Origin: an uncultured delta proteobacterium
Lineage (GTDB): Bacteria; Desulfobacterota; Binatia; Binatales; Binataceae
Length of the DNA stretch: 64,000 nt
Assembly (NCBI GenBank): GCA_963842085.1
Contig: CAWJET010000001.1
Span: 1,088,001 to 1,152,000 of the forward strand
Direction: 5' to 3'
Positions 8,600 to 18,913 of this stretch are shown piece after piece. The notes below the pieces were generated by a model, which searched no databases, was not told where the DNA came from, and was given only the letters and a program-made list of their open reading frames with translations. The position numbers and the translations under genes are program-made. Positions within the stretch are counted from its first letter, which is position 1, and every line of letters begins with the position of its first letter.

Positions 8600-9313
8600 A
8601 TGCTCCATCAGGTGAGCGGTGCAGGCGGGTTGGGGGTGGTGGAACTGGTGCTGGGTACCGGCCCGGTGGTGGCGGTCGTGTTGTGGCTGCTGGTGGCGTT
8701 TTCGGTCGGGAGCTGGGGGATAATCCTTTACAAGCTGATCCAGATTTCGCGGGCGCGGCGCCAGTCCGAACGCTTTATCGCGATCTTCTGGGAATCGAAA
8801 AACCTGGCCGCGATTCATACCGCGAGCGTCGGTCTCAAGCTGAGCCCGGTCGCGCAGGTTTTCCGCGCCGGCTACCAGGAGCTGCTGCAGCTCACGCGTG
8901 CCAAGCGGCAGGCGGTCGGCGCGGACAGCGGCTTCTCGACCGATCTTGGCGGAATCGCAAACGTGATGCGCGCGATGAAGCGCCAGGAAAACGTCGAGTT
9001 GACCAAGCTCGAATCGGGCATCACGTTTCTCGCGACCACCGGGTCGTCGTGCCCGTTTATCGGACTGTTCGGCACGGTGTGGGGCATCATGACGGCGTTC
9101 CTTGGGTTGTCGGCATCGCATACGTCGAGTATCCAGGCGGTCGCTCCCGGAATCGCAGAGGCGCTGATCACGACGGCGGTAGGCCTGGTCGCCGCGATAC
9201 CCGCGCAGATGTTTTACAATTACTTCATCGCGCGGGTGCGGGTGCTCGCGACCGAGATGGACAATTTCACGGCCGAATTTTTGAATATCGCCGAGCGTCA
9301 TTTCCTTTCGTAG
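8600..9313 (+). CDS. tolQ: Tol-Pal system protein TolQ
   Basis: PFIGLFGTVWGIM, VAPGIAEALITTAVGL. First gene of the tol-pal cluster. Confidence 0.95.
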   Translation: MLHQVSGAGGLGVVELVLGTGPVVAVVLWLLVAFSVGSWGIILYKLIQISRARRQSERFIAIFWESKNLAAIHTASVGLKLSPVAQVFRAGYQELLQLTRAKRQAVGADSGFSTDLGGIANVMRAMKRQENVELTKLESGITFLATTGSSCPFIGLFGTVWGIMTAFLGLSASHTSSIQAVAPGIAEALITTAVGLVAAIPAQMFYNYFIARVRVLATEMDNFTAEFLNIAERHFLS

Positions 9314-9325
9314 GCGGCAGATCCG

Positions 9326-9754
9326 ATGGCATTCGATCCTGGGCAGCGCGGGCAGATGGTTTCGCAGATCAACGTGACGCCGCTGGTGGACGTGATGCTG
9401 GTGCTGCTGGTGATCTTCATGGTGACGGCCCCGATTATTCAGCAAGGCGTCGAGGTCACGCTGCCCAGCGTCAAGGCGGAGGCGCTGCCGGGCAAGGAAG
9501 AGCAGTTCGTCGTGTCGATCACGAAGGACAGCCAGATCTATCTCAACGATGCGAAGCTCTCGGCGAACGACCTGACCGGCAAGCTGAAGGCGATTGCGCA
9601 GGAGCGTCCCGACCGGGAGGTTTTTATCCGCGCCGACGACCAGGTGCCGTACGGCGAGGTGATCCGCACGATGGCGGCGATCAAGGCGGCCGGAATCGAA
9701 AACGTCGGAATGGTGACCGAGATGCCGGCAGGCGGTGGTGCCGACGCGAAGTGA
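9326..9754 (+). CDS. tolR: Tol-Pal system protein TolR
   Basis: INVTPLVDVMLVLLVIFMVTAP, IRADDQVPYG. Confidence 0.95.
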   Translation: MAFDPGQRGQMVSQINVTPLVDVMLVLLVIFMVTAPIIQQGVEVTLPSVKAEALPGKEEQFVVSITKDSQIYLNDAKLSANDLTGKLKAIAQERPDREVFIRADDQVPYGEVIRTMAAIKAAGIENVGMVTEMPAGGGADAK

Positions 9755-9757
9755 GCG

Positions 9758-10828
9758 TTGAGCGTGGCATCGCGGGACCATAACGGTGACGAGCAGCCGT
9801 CGCGGCTTGGATATTTCGCGGCGATTTTCGTCTCGGGGCTTGGGCATGCGGCGATTTTCGCGCTCGTGTTCTTTATCGCGCCGCGTTTTTTGCATCCCGA
9901 GGAAGCCGCGCCGCCTGCATACACGGTAAAGATCGTGGACAACCTTCCAGCGGGGGACCTCGGGACGCATCTGCCGCGGATTAATCGGCACGCGGCGGAT
10001 GAGGCCAAGGCCGCGGCGCCCAAGCCGGAAGAATCGAAGGTCAAGACCGAGCCGCCGAAAACCGAGCTCGCTCTCAACGACGACAAGAACGCGCTTAAAA
10101 TAAATGCGAAGGCGACGGACGCGCCGACCCCGACGCCCACGCCGGAGCCAACCGTCGAGGCCACTCCCGAGCCGACCATCGCGCCCACGGCCCCGCCGAC
10201 GCCGGAGCCCACAAAGGCACACGCGCTGCCAAAGCCGACGCCCGTCAAGGCGTCGCGCAATCGACCCAAGCCTGAATCGACGGTGGCGAAGGCCGCGATC
10301 GCGGCGACCCCGAGCGTCGCGCAGCGTCTGGCGAAGCTAAGGCGCCAGTTGCTCGCGGAGCACATCAAGGACCTGGCGAAGAACCCGCCGCCCGAAGATG
10401 AAGATGACGACGAGACGGACGCGTCCGACACGGAGACCAAGGGCCCGGCCGGCGGAGGACCGGTCGTCGCCAGTAACGCGAGCGAGGGCAAAGGCTACGG
10501 AGTCGGTCCGGGCACAGGCAGCATCGGGATTCTACAGGACCCGGAATTTCTGCTGTACTATAAGACTGTGCAGGAGCAGATAAAGAAGGCGTGGACGTTT
10601 ACCGGCGGCTCGAACGATCTGACGGCGACCGTGAATTTTGCGATTGGCCCGGACGGCACGCTGACCGCGTTGAAGATTGGCACGAGCTCGAACGACCCGG
10701 CGTTCGATGATTCGGTGGTTCGCGCGATTCGGCGGGCGGCGCCTTTTCCCGCGCCGCCGGAAAAGTTTCGCGACCAGTTTTCTTCCGGAATCAAAGCGGT
10801 GTTTCAGCTCGGCGAACTCAAGTCCTGA
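9758..10828 (+). CDS. tolA: TolA / TonB C-terminal domain protein
   Basis: N-terminal TM with conserved His, Pro/Thr-rich linker, C-terminal TonB_2-like domain (AFDDSVVRAIRRAAPFPAPP). Lies between tolR and tolB. Confidence 0.85.
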   Translation: MSVASRDHNGDEQPSRLGYFAAIFVSGLGHAAIFALVFFIAPRFLHPEEAAPPAYTVKIVDNLPAGDLGTHLPRINRHAADEAKAAAPKPEESKVKTEPPKTELALNDDKNALKINAKATDAPTPTPTPEPTVEATPEPTIAPTAPPTPEPTKAHALPKPTPVKASRNRPKPESTVAKAAIAATPSVAQRLAKLRRQLLAEHIKDLAKNPPPEDEDDDETDASDTETKGPAGGGPVVASNASEGKGYGVGPGTGSIGILQDPEFLLYYKTVQEQIKKAWTFTGGSNDLTATVNFAIGPDGTLTALKIGTSSNDPAFDDSVVRAIRRAAPFPAPPEKFRDQFSSGIKAVFQLGELKS

Positions 10829-10898
10829 GGGTGCGGTTACAGGAGGTGCGGATGAAGCAGGTGAATGAAGTTCGTTTCGACTCCGCGGCACGGAAAGT

Positions 10899-12245
10899 AT
10901 GAAGCGGCTATTTCACGCTTGCGCGATCCTGTGCGCGATCGCCTTCGCGCTGTCGCCGGGCCGGGCTGCCGCGCAGATTGCCGGCGGCGGGCCGATCACG
11001 ATCACGATCAAGGGACCAGGGTCGCAGCTCTCGACGATCGCCGTGTCGGGGTTGAAGGATCTCGGCGGCGACGACGACCATCGCCTGGGCAGCGCGTTTG
11101 TCGGCACGCTCAGGCGCGACCTCGAGCTTTCGGGCTACTTCAGAATTATCGATCCGCATGCGTATATCGAGGATCCGCAAACGTCGGGGTTCGAGCTGGG
11201 GCAGTTCAATTTCGCCGATTGGCGTTCGATCAACGCCGACTTTGTCGTCAAGGGATCGGTATCCGCCAGCGGCGCGGACGTGAAGCTGACTGCGTTTCTT
11301 TATGACGTCGCGCAACAGCGCCGGATGATGGGCAAGAATTTCACCGGTGACGCGGACGACGTGCCGCGGATGGCGCGCCGGTTCGCCGACGCGATCCTGC
11401 AAGCGGCGACCGGGCAGCGCGGGCCGTTCGATTCCAAGCTGGCGTTCGTCTCGACGCGCGGCGGGCGCTTCAAGGAAATCTACACGCAGTCGATCGACGG
11501 CCAGGACCTGTTCAAGTTGACAGACAATCCGACGATCAACCTGTTCCCCAGCTTCGACCGGAGCGCGCGCTACGTGCTGTACCTCTCGTTCAAGAGCATG
11601 GCGCCGGCGCTCTACCTGGCGGACCTCAAGACGCAGCGCGAAACAAAGCTCGACAGCCCGCATGAACGCGTGATCGGCGGAACGATCACGCCCGATGGCG
11701 AGCGCGTGGTCGCGGCGATCGAGCGTGACGGCATCACCAATTTGTTTCTGCTCACGCGCGACGGCGAAGAGCTTCGCCAGCTCACCGACACCAGCGGCAT
11801 CAACGTCAGCCCGGCGGTATCGGCGGACAGCGCGACGCTGGCGTTCACGTCAGATCGGTCGGGCACGCCGCAAATCTACGTGATGAGCCTTGGCGGCGGG
11901 GGCGGTGCGCCGAAGCGAATAACCTACAGCGGCGACTACAACACCACGCCGGCGTTCTCGCCCAAGGGCGACAAGCTTGCCTACCAGAGCCGCAACAACG
12001 GGCGTTTCGATATCTGGACGATCCCGGCCGCTGGGGGCGAGCCGACGCAGGTGACCGATGGCAACGGCTCCAACGAGTATCCGAGCTGGTCGCCCGACGG
12101 ACGCTATCTCGCGTTCAGCTCGACCCGCGGCCACAACTCGCAAATTTACATAGTGATGGTCGACAACCGGAAAATTATTTCCGCTTTGACGGAGGGTAAT
12201 GGTAATGATTCCTGTCCAGCATGGTCGGGGTGGTTGGGTGAGTAG
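10899..12245 (+). CDS. tolB: Tol-Pal beta-propeller protein TolB
   Basis: Signal peptide, TolB_N domain, PD40 repeats (PAFSPKG, PSWSPDG, FTSDRSG). Confidence 0.95.
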   Translation: MKRLFHACAILCAIAFALSPGRAAAQIAGGGPITITIKGPGSQLSTIAVSGLKDLGGDDDHRLGSAFVGTLRRDLELSGYFRIIDPHAYIEDPQTSGFELGQFNFADWRSINADFVVKGSVSASGADVKLTAFLYDVAQQRRMMGKNFTGDADDVPRMARRFADAILQAATGQRGPFDSKLAFVSTRGGRFKEIYTQSIDGQDLFKLTDNPTINLFPSFDRSARYVLYLSFKSMAPALYLADLKTQRETKLDSPHERVIGGTITPDGERVVAAIERDGITNLFLLTRDGEELRQLTDTSGINVSPAVSADSATLAFTSDRSGTPQIYVMSLGGGGGAPKRITYSGDYNTTPAFSPKGDKLAYQSRNNGRFDIWTIPAAGGEPTQVTDGNGSNEYPSWSPDGRYLAFSSTRGHNSQIYIVMVDNRKIISALTEGNGNDSCPAWSGWLGE

Positions 12246-12771
12246 TCGTTCGAGGATCGCCAGAATGGTTGCGATTGTGAGTGTGGGGTTGATGCTGACG
12301 ATGGCAGGATGCTCGTCGAAGAAGCCAGCGCCTATCAGCGGCGATAACACTCAGGGAAGTAACCTCGGTGAAGGAGGCACAGGCGCGGGCGGCGGCAACT
12401 CGCTCGAGGACTGGAAGACCGGACACTACGGTGCGCAAGGTCCGCTCAGCGATATTCATTTCGCGTACAACGAGTACACGATCCAGGACCAGGACGGCCC
12501 GGTGCTGAAGTCCAACGCGAGCTGGCTGCAAAAGTATCCGCAGACCAAGGTGCAGGTCGAGGGTCATTGCGATGAGCGCGGCTCCGAGGAGTACAATATG
12601 GCGCTGGGCGCCAAGCGGGCGCAGGCCGCGAAGGATTACCTGGTGACGCTTGGAATCAGCGGCAGCAGAATCTCGACCATCAGCTACGGCAAGGAACTGC
12701 CGCTTTGCACCGAGCACGACGAAAGCTGCTGGTCGCAGAACCGGCGCGATCACTTCGCAGTAAGCGAATAA
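12238..12771 (+). CDS. pal: Peptidoglycan-associated lipoprotein Pal
   Basis: Lipobox MAGC, EGHCDERGSEEYNMALGAKRA, ISYGKELP, QNRR. Start GTG 12238 or ATG 12265. Confidence 0.95.
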   Translation: MSSRSRIARMVAIVSVGLMLTMAGCSSKKPAPISGDNTQGSNLGEGGTGAGGGNSLEDWKTGHYGAQGPLSDIHFAYNEYTIQDQDGPVLKSNASWLQKYPQTKVQVEGHCDERGSEEYNMALGAKRAQAAKDYLVTLGISGSRISTISYGKELPLCTEHDESCWSQNRRDHFAVSE

Positions 12772-12783
12772 GGATTTAGAAGC

Positions 12784-13644
12784 GTGCGAAAAACGACCTG
12801 GACGATCGGCGCTGTCGCCGTGTTGGCGGCCTCATTCACGCTGGCCGGATGCGCCGATCAGAACGACATGCAGCAGCTCAATCAAAACCAGTTCACGCTG
12901 CGCGGGATGATCGCGAGCGACCGCCAGCAAATCGACTCGTTGAAGGTGCAGCTTCAGCGCCAGAACGATGAGATCGACGAACTCAAGCACGGCGCCGCTG
13001 GCGCGGGCGGCGACGCGTCGGGGATGAACGATCGAATCGCGAGCCTCGAAGCCGAAGTGAAGGCGCTGCAGGCCGGCATGGCAGCGACGCCCGGCGCGGT
13101 TCCACCGCCCGGCGCGCCGGCGGACAGCGTCGGGCCGGGCACCGGAGTGGCGTCGGCAGAGGCGCCGCCGGGAGGTCCTGCGCCGCCGCCCACGCCGGCC
13201 GAGATCGCGCCGACCTGGCCGGCCGAACTCGATCAGGAAATTGCCGACGCCAAGACCTCGGACGAGCCGGGCATCAAGATTTATCGCGAAGGACTCGACG
13301 CGATGAAGGCGGCCAAATATCCGCTTGCGGTTGCCAGGTTCACCAAGCTGCAGCATGCCTACCCGAAATCGCCGCTGAGCGAGCCGGCCGAATACTTCGC
13401 CGCCAACGCGTTGTTCGAAACCGGCGGATACGACCAGGCGATTTTGCAGTTCAACGATCTCGTGATGCGCTTTCCCAAGGGCAAATATGCGAGCGCCGCC
13501 CTGCTGCGCGAGGCGCAGGCGTTCGTGAAGCTCAACGATCGAATCGACGCACGCCTGACGCTGCAGAAGCTGGTCGCCGATCACGCGGGGACTCCGCAAG
13601 CGGCAAATGCGGACACGATGATGAAAGATCTCGCGAGCGATTAA
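12784..13644 (+). CDS. cpoB: Tol-Pal system protein CpoB/YbgF (lipoprotein, coiled coil plus TPR)
   Basis: Lipobox LAGC, coiled coil, C-terminal TPRs, directly after pal. Confidence 0.85.
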   Translation: MRKTTWTIGAVAVLAASFTLAGCADQNDMQQLNQNQFTLRGMIASDRQQIDSLKVQLQRQNDEIDELKHGAAGAGGDASGMNDRIASLEAEVKALQAGMAATPGAVPPPGAPADSVGPGTGVASAEAPPGGPAPPPTPAEIAPTWPAELDQEIADAKTSDEPGIKIYREGLDAMKAAKYPLAVARFTKLQHAYPKSPLSEPAEYFAANALFETGGYDQAILQFNDLVMRFPKGKYASAALLREAQAFVKLNDRIDARLTLQKLVADHAGTPQAANADTMMKDLASD

Positions 13645-13668
13645 AGCAGCGCCCTTGCGCACGATTGA

Positions 13669-14592
13669 ATGGAAATAATTCGCGACCTGGCAGCGCTTGC
13701 GCGCCATCCCTACCCGGTCACCGCGATCGGCAATTTCGATGGCGTCCACCTCGGCCATCGCGCGATTCTGAAGGCGGCGATCGATCGTGCTCGCGCGGCC
13801 GGGGGCACCGCGTTTGCGCTCACCTTCGATCCGCTGCCCGCCAAGCTGCTGGTTCCGGCGCGCGCTCCGCGGTTGATCCTGAGGCCGGATGACAAGCTCG
13901 AACTGCTGCGGCTGTCGGGCATCGACGGCGTGATCGTGCTCAACTTCACGCTCGAGCTCAGCATGCTGTCGCCGCGCGATTTCGTAAGCAGCTACCTGCG
14001 CGGAAAAATCGGCGTGCGCGAGGTGGTCGTCGGGCACAGCGTCAGCTTCGGGCACAATCGCGCGGGCAACGCGGCCGTGATGGTCGAACTCGGACGCGAA
14101 CTGGGCTTCGACACGACGGTGGTGGGGCCGGTGAAAATCGGCGGCATCGAAGTCAGTTCAACCAAGGTGCGCGAGGCGATTGCGGGCGCCGACCTGCGCG
14201 GCGCGGCCAGGCTGCTCGGCCGTTACCACTTTCTGAGCGGCCCGGTCGTCCGCGGACGCGAGCGCGGACGGACGATAGGATTTCCGACCGCGAATCTCGC
14301 CTGCGAAACGGAATGCGTCCCGCCCGACGGCGTGTACGCGACCCGCGTCATCCTCGACGACGGCGCCTACCCGTCAATTACCAACGTCGGGATGCGGCCG
14401 ACATTTTCGGAGAGCGCGCGATCGATCGAGGCGCACATCTTCGACTTCACCCGCGACATTTACGGGAATCGAATCAAGCTGGAGCTGATCGAACGAATCC
14501 GGCCCGAGCGCAAGTTCGACAGTGCCGACGCGCTCAAGGCGCAGATCGCGCTCGATATCATCAAGGCGCGCGAAATTCTCTCTGCCGCCTGA
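13669..14592 (+). CDS. ribF: Bifunctional riboflavin kinase / FAD synthetase
   Basis: GNFDGVHLGH, VSSTKVR, GRTIGFPTAN, GMRPTF, IEAHIFDF. Confidence 0.97.
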   Translation: MEIIRDLAALARHPYPVTAIGNFDGVHLGHRAILKAAIDRARAAGGTAFALTFDPLPAKLLVPARAPRLILRPDDKLELLRLSGIDGVIVLNFTLELSMLSPRDFVSSYLRGKIGVREVVVGHSVSFGHNRAGNAAVMVELGRELGFDTTVVGPVKIGGIEVSSTKVREAIAGADLRGAARLLGRYHFLSGPVVRGRERGRTIGFPTANLACETECVPPDGVYATRVILDDGAYPSITNVGMRPTFSESARSIEAHIFDFTRDIYGNRIKLELIERIRPERKFDSADALKAQIALDIIKAREILSAA

Positions 14593-14595
14593 GGC

Positions 14596-15480
14596 TTAGC
14601 GGATTCTCGCGGCCGGCTCGACCCAGTCATGCGCGAGCCGCTCGACCCATCGCGGAATCTCCGACTCATCGTCGGGCGGACTCGTGAGTATCACCAGTTC
14701 GTTGACGCCGGCCGCGCCGTACTTCTTCAAATCGTCGGAAATGATCTTTCTGGTATACGGACACACGATGATTTCCACTTCGCTCGCGCCGCGGCCGTTG
14801 GCTTTCAGCATCGCGCGCAGCTTGTCCGCCAGCGGCGCGGCGTGATCGGGTCCAACGTTGAAGCCGAACCATCCGACCCCGATGTCCGCCGTGCGCTTCA
14901 ATGCGGGCGCGCTCTCTCCGCCGAAGATTATCGGCAGCTTGGCGCCGCGCACCGGCTTCGGAAAACTCTTCGCCGCGTCGAGATTCACGAACTCGCCGTG
15001 AAAGGTCGCCGCATCGCCGGACCACAGCCGGCGCATCACTTCGATGTATTCGCGCGTCCGCTGCGCACGCCGCTCGAACGGAATTCCGAGCGCGGCAAAT
15101 TCTTCCGCCGACCATCCGATTCCCACGCCCAGCGCGAATCTTCCGCCCGAGAGCCGGTCGAGGCTCGCGACTTCCTTGGCCAGCACGACCGGGTTGTGCT
15201 CCGGCACCAGGCAAATCCCCGTCGCCAGCCGAATCGTTTTGGTAACCGCAGCTGCAAACGTCAGCGTGATGAACGGATCCAGCCAGTCAGCGTCACCCGG
15301 CAGGGGGAACTCGCCGCTCTCGGCGTACGGATACTTCGACTCCTGACGGTCGAAGAGCACGACGTGCTCTCCCACCCACAGTGTCGAGACTCCACGGCGC
15401 TCGGCCTCTTCGGCGGTCTTCGCAATTGCGCCGGGACGCGCGCCCGGGCCGATTCCCAGTGCGAACAGGCCGACTTTCAT
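14596..15480 (-). CDS. LLM class (probably F420-dependent) oxidoreductase
   Basis: LWVGEHVV, IRLATGI, LDRLSGGRFALGVGIGW..EEF. Confidence 0.9.
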   Translation of the reverse strand: MKVGLFALGIGPGARPGAIAKTAEEAERRGVSTLWVGEHVVLFDRQESKYPYAESGEFPLPGDADWLDPFITLTFAAAVTKTIRLATGICLVPEHNPVVLAKEVASLDRLSGGRFALGVGIGWSAEEFAALGIPFERRAQRTREYIEVMRRLWSGDAATFHGEFVNLDAAKSFPKPVRGAKLPIIFGGESAPALKRTADIGVGWFGFNVGPDHAAPLADKLRAMLKANGRGASEVEIIVCPYTRKIISDDLKKYGAAGVNELVILTSPPDDESEIPRWVERLAHDWVEPAARIR

Positions 15481-16349
15481 TGGCCCGCACCCGAACCGTT
15501 CTCACCCGCCGCGACCGCCGGCGTCTTGGTGAACTTGAGCATGAAGCGATCGGTCTGGCCGCGATGCTTGAACACGAGCCAGGTGCGATCGTCTTCAGGA
15601 TGACGCAGCGCGCTCGACGCTCCGGACAGCTTGAAGCCGGCCTTCTCGACGTCCTTGATCAGAAAATCCTCGTCGATTCGATGAAGCGTCGCGGTGGCGC
15701 TGGCGCCGGTGCCCGGCTTGGCGCTGTGATCGACGATCCCGTAAATCCCGCCGGGCTTGAGCGCCTTGAAGACCGCGGCGTTCACATTTTCGCGATCGAG
15801 TTTGAAGCCGACCAGGTCGTGGTAGTTGAGATGGATGATGACGGCGTCGAGCGAATCGGGCGGCACCGGCAGCAGGTCAGGCGCGTCGAAGGGTTTGCTG
15901 ACCTTGACGACGTTCTTGAGCGCAGGCTCCTTGAGCCGCTCGTTCCACGTATCTTCGATTTTCTTGAACTGCGCGGGGAATGGACCGTTCTGCGAGTAAA
16001 CCGTGCCGGTCGGTCCGACGATTCGCGCAAACAGCTCCGTCATGTAACCGCCGCCGGCGAAGATATCGGCGACTTTCATGCCGGGCTTGATTCCGTAGAA
16101 CGCCAGTATCTGGTCGGGCCTGCGTCCCGCGTCGAGCGCCTTGTCGGCGGCGGGCCGCTCGGGCGAGTTGATGGCGTCGGTGATGTCCGCGGGAATCTGC
16201 GCCGCGGGAATCGGTGCGGTTTCAGCCACGCTCGCCGAGACGGGCGCAATCTGTGCGCGCGCCGGCGATGAGATCCACGCAACTCCGGCGAATGCGACAA
16301 GAGTCGAGAAGAGCAGCCGGCAGGTTGCAACCCGCATTCGAGCAGTCAT
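15477..16349 (-). CDS. Exported class I SAM-dependent methyltransferase
   Basis: Signal peptide, D..RRPDQILAFYGIKPGMKVADIFAGGGY, LKPGG, HRID. Confidence 0.85.
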   Translation of the reverse strand: MTARMRVATCRLLFSTLVAFAGVAWISSPARAQIAPVSASVAETAPIPAAQIPADITDAINSPERPAADKALDAGRRPDQILAFYGIKPGMKVADIFAGGGYMTELFARIVGPTGTVYSQNGPFPAQFKKIEDTWNERLKEPALKNVVKVSKPFDAPDLLPVPPDSLDAVIIHLNYHDLVGFKLDRENVNAAVFKALKPGGIYGIVDHSAKPGTGASATATLHRIDEDFLIKDVEKAGFKLSGASSALRHPEDDRTWLVFKHRGQTDRFMLKFTKTPAVAAGENGSGAGQ

Positions 16350-16494
16350 TTCGATTCTCCGCGTGAGGTCAAACTATTCGCCACAAACCGACAGGTAACA
16401 CACCGATCGCAAAACGGGCAACGCGATTTCTCGCGCGTCTTTTGGTTGCAGCGGTAACCCCGGGGGTCGCCCGTGCTGAAAGCCATCGCCCGTT

Positions 16495-18204
16495 TCACAT
16501 TAAAGAAAGTGTTTTGTTCTCACTGGACGCAGCGGAAGCGGGCAGCGTCACGTCGGCGTGCGCCCACGCTTTCTTGAGTCGCGCATCGACGCTCACCGCC
16601 TCATCCGACGCATGGCGGGCGCGAAGGCAGATTGAGAGTCCATTGAGCGACCATCCATTTTCGGGGTACTGCTTCAGGTCCTCGCGAAAGACTTGCTCCG
16701 CATCTGCCATCTTGCCGTCGGCCAGCAGTTCCATCCCCAGCGTTTCGCGCACGGGATAATACCAGGACGGCGGCTCTTCGTAGTTGAGCGCGTCCTGCAT
16801 CGCAACGGCTTCTTTCAGATGTTTGATCGCGTCGTCATGGTGCCCCTGGGCGGAATCGATCTCGCCGGCGAGCGTCGCCGAGCCCATCGCGAGCAATCGA
16901 TTGGCCGAATTGAATCCCACCACGCGCTCGGGCGGCGTTGCCGCGACGATCTCATCGAGTTTCTTCTTTTCATTCAGCGCATCGCCGGGACGATTCTTCG
17001 CCGCCAACGCAAGTCCGCGCGCGTAGTGCCAGACCGCCGTCGTGTAGGTCAGGTCCGCGGGCGGCGCCGGCTCCTTGAGGATCGCGTCCCATTTGCCGAA
17101 GCGCGCTTCGGTGAAATATCGCGTCGGCAACATGAATTCCGCCATCGGCATCTGGCGCACCATCTCGAGCGGCACGGCGTCGTCGAGTTCGCGCGACGCC
17201 TTGAATGCGCCGCGGCTGTAGCCTTCCATCATGTACGAGAACCACAGGAATTGAATGTTGTGCGGGACGTACATCATCGGATAAATGCCCTTGGGGTTGC
17301 GCTCGCGAAGATAAACCTTGTCCGCCTTGATCGCTTGCAGGTTGGCGGCGGCGGACGCGTCGTAGTCGCCGATGCGAAAGTAGATGTGCGCCGGCATATG
17401 CACCAGATGGCCGGCGGCGGGCGCGAGCTTGGGGAGCCGTCGAGCGCTGGCGAGAGCGCGTCCCGGGTCGGGCGACGCTTCTATCGCGTGGATATAATAG
17501 TGATTGGCGCCGATGTGGTCCGGATACTTTGCCATGACCCCTTCGAGCGTCGCGACAATCTCGTCGGTGCCGGCAACGGGCTTGCCGTCGAGCGTCCAGA
17601 GTGCCCAGGGGTGCAAATCCATCATCGATTCCGCGAACAGCGCACCGGCGTCAGGATCGATGGGATTGCGGCGCGCGACCTCCCGCATCGCGTTCGCATA
17701 AGCGCCCTGAAGAGCCTCCTTCATCTTGCCGTCGGGCGCGTAACGTCGGGCGAGTGCGTCGATATAGTCGCGCTCAGGCTTGCTTGCGTTCGCTTCGAGC
17801 GACTGCGCCTTGGCGATGGCCGCGTAAGCCAGTTTGCCGCGATCGGTGTCTTCCGGCAAATTGATATTTGGTCCGAGCGAAAGCGCGATTCCCCAATAAG
17901 CCATCGCCATGCCGGGGTCGAGGTGCGCGGCCTCCTCGAACGAGCCGGCCGCCTCGTCGTGATTGAAGGCGTAAACGAAGGTCAGCCCCTGATCGAAGAA
18001 TCGTTGCGCGAGCTTGGAATTGCTCGTGACGGGGTGATGCAGATCGCCAAGGCCATCGAAGATCGGTTCGTGCGCCGACTCGATCGCCGCTTGCAACTCG
18101 CTTGCGGCGGACGACGGCGATTCGGCCGGCTCGGCGCGCCCGGAATCCGCGAGTGCGAGGCAAAGCAGCATCGTCATGGCGGAGAAAAGAATGCGTCGAT
18201 TCAT
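16495..18204 (-). CDS. Secreted TPR-containing protein of unknown function
   Basis: Signal peptide, AQRFFDQGL..YAFNHDEA, HIGANHYYIHAIE, GHLVHMPAHIY, TPR-like repeats. Confidence 0.8.
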   Translation of the reverse strand: MNRRILFSAMTMLLCLALADSGRAEPAESPSSAASELQAAIESAHEPIFDGLGDLHHPVTSNSKLAQRFFDQGLTFVYAFNHDEAAGSFEEAAHLDPGMAMAYWGIALSLGPNINLPEDTDRGKLAYAAIAKAQSLEANASKPERDYIDALARRYAPDGKMKEALQGAYANAMREVARRNPIDPDAGALFAESMMDLHPWALWTLDGKPVAGTDEIVATLEGVMAKYPDHIGANHYYIHAIEASPDPGRALASARRLPKLAPAAGHLVHMPAHIYFRIGDYDASAAANLQAIKADKVYLRERNPKGIYPMMYVPHNIQFLWFSYMMEGYSRGAFKASRELDDAVPLEMVRQMPMAEFMLPTRYFTEARFGKWDAILKEPAPPADLTYTTAVWHYARGLALAAKNRPGDALNEKKKLDEIVAATPPERVVGFNSANRLLAMGSATLAGEIDSAQGHHDDAIKHLKEAVAMQDALNYEEPPSWYYPVRETLGMELLADGKMADAEQVFREDLKQYPENGWSLNGLSICLRARHASDEAVSVDARLKKAWAHADVTLPASAASSENKTLSLM

Positions 18205-18232
18205 CGCGCTTTCAATCGTAGGGAAGCGAGCG

Positions 18233-18910
18233 CTACCAAATCAATGGCAGCAGGCGGTGCCTCACCTTGCGTTGATATTCGGAGTAGCCCGCGAGGTTCT
18301 TGGCCAGGAATTTCTCTTCATCGAGAAGCCGCCACACGATTACAAGCACCATCGGAACTATCGCCAACAATCCCCACAACGAGCCAAGCGCGAGCGGTAC
18401 GCCCAGGAGCATGACGAGGGCGCCGATGTACATCGGATGACGCACGAGCGCGTACGGTCCGGTGGTGATGACGCGCTGCTCGGCGCCGACTTCGATGGTT
18501 CCGGAGGCAAAGCTGTTCTCCTTGAACACCAGAAATACGAAGTAGAGTCCGAGGACGATGAGAATGTCGCCGAACGCGGTTACATACGGCGGCACTGTGG
18601 ACCAGGCGAAACGATGATCGAGCGCGGAGACCACGAACATCGCGATAAATGCTGACGCGGCGACCGCTTGGATGATGTTCTGGGCTTTGTCCTGCTCGGC
18701 GCCCGGGCCCGCCTTGGTGCGCCGCTCCAGCAGCTTGGGATCGTTTTTCATCAGGTAGAGAGTGATCGCCAGCACCGACACGGAAAACAACGCGAGAAAA
18801 GCCCACGCCTGCCAGTAGTGGAGCGTCCACGCCGGCAGGAAAATCATCACGGCCATGATCACGAGAAGCTGGAGCAACCCGGCGAATGCCTTTATGTTTA
18901 GTTGGTTCAT
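18233..18910 (-). CDS. Isoprenylcysteine carboxylmethyltransferase (ICMT/PEMT) family membrane protein
   Basis: Multi-TM, VITTGPYALVRHPMY, EEKFL...Y.EY..KV. Confidence 0.9.
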   Translation of the reverse strand: MNQLNIKAFAGLLQLLVIMAVMIFLPAWTLHYWQAWAFLALFSVSVLAITLYLMKNDPKLLERRTKAGPGAEQDKAQNIIQAVAASAFIAMFVVSALDHRFAWSTVPPYVTAFGDILIVLGLYFVFLVFKENSFASGTIEVGAEQRVITTGPYALVRHPMYIGALVMLLGVPLALGSLWGLLAIVPMVLVIVWRLLDEEKFLAKNLAGYSEYQRKVRHRLLPLIW

Positions 18911-18913
18911 GTC

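Noticed and set aside
10120-10260. CCGACGCC/PTPEPT repeats in tolA
   Set aside because: This is the ordinary low-complexity Pro/Thr linker of TolA/TonB proteins.
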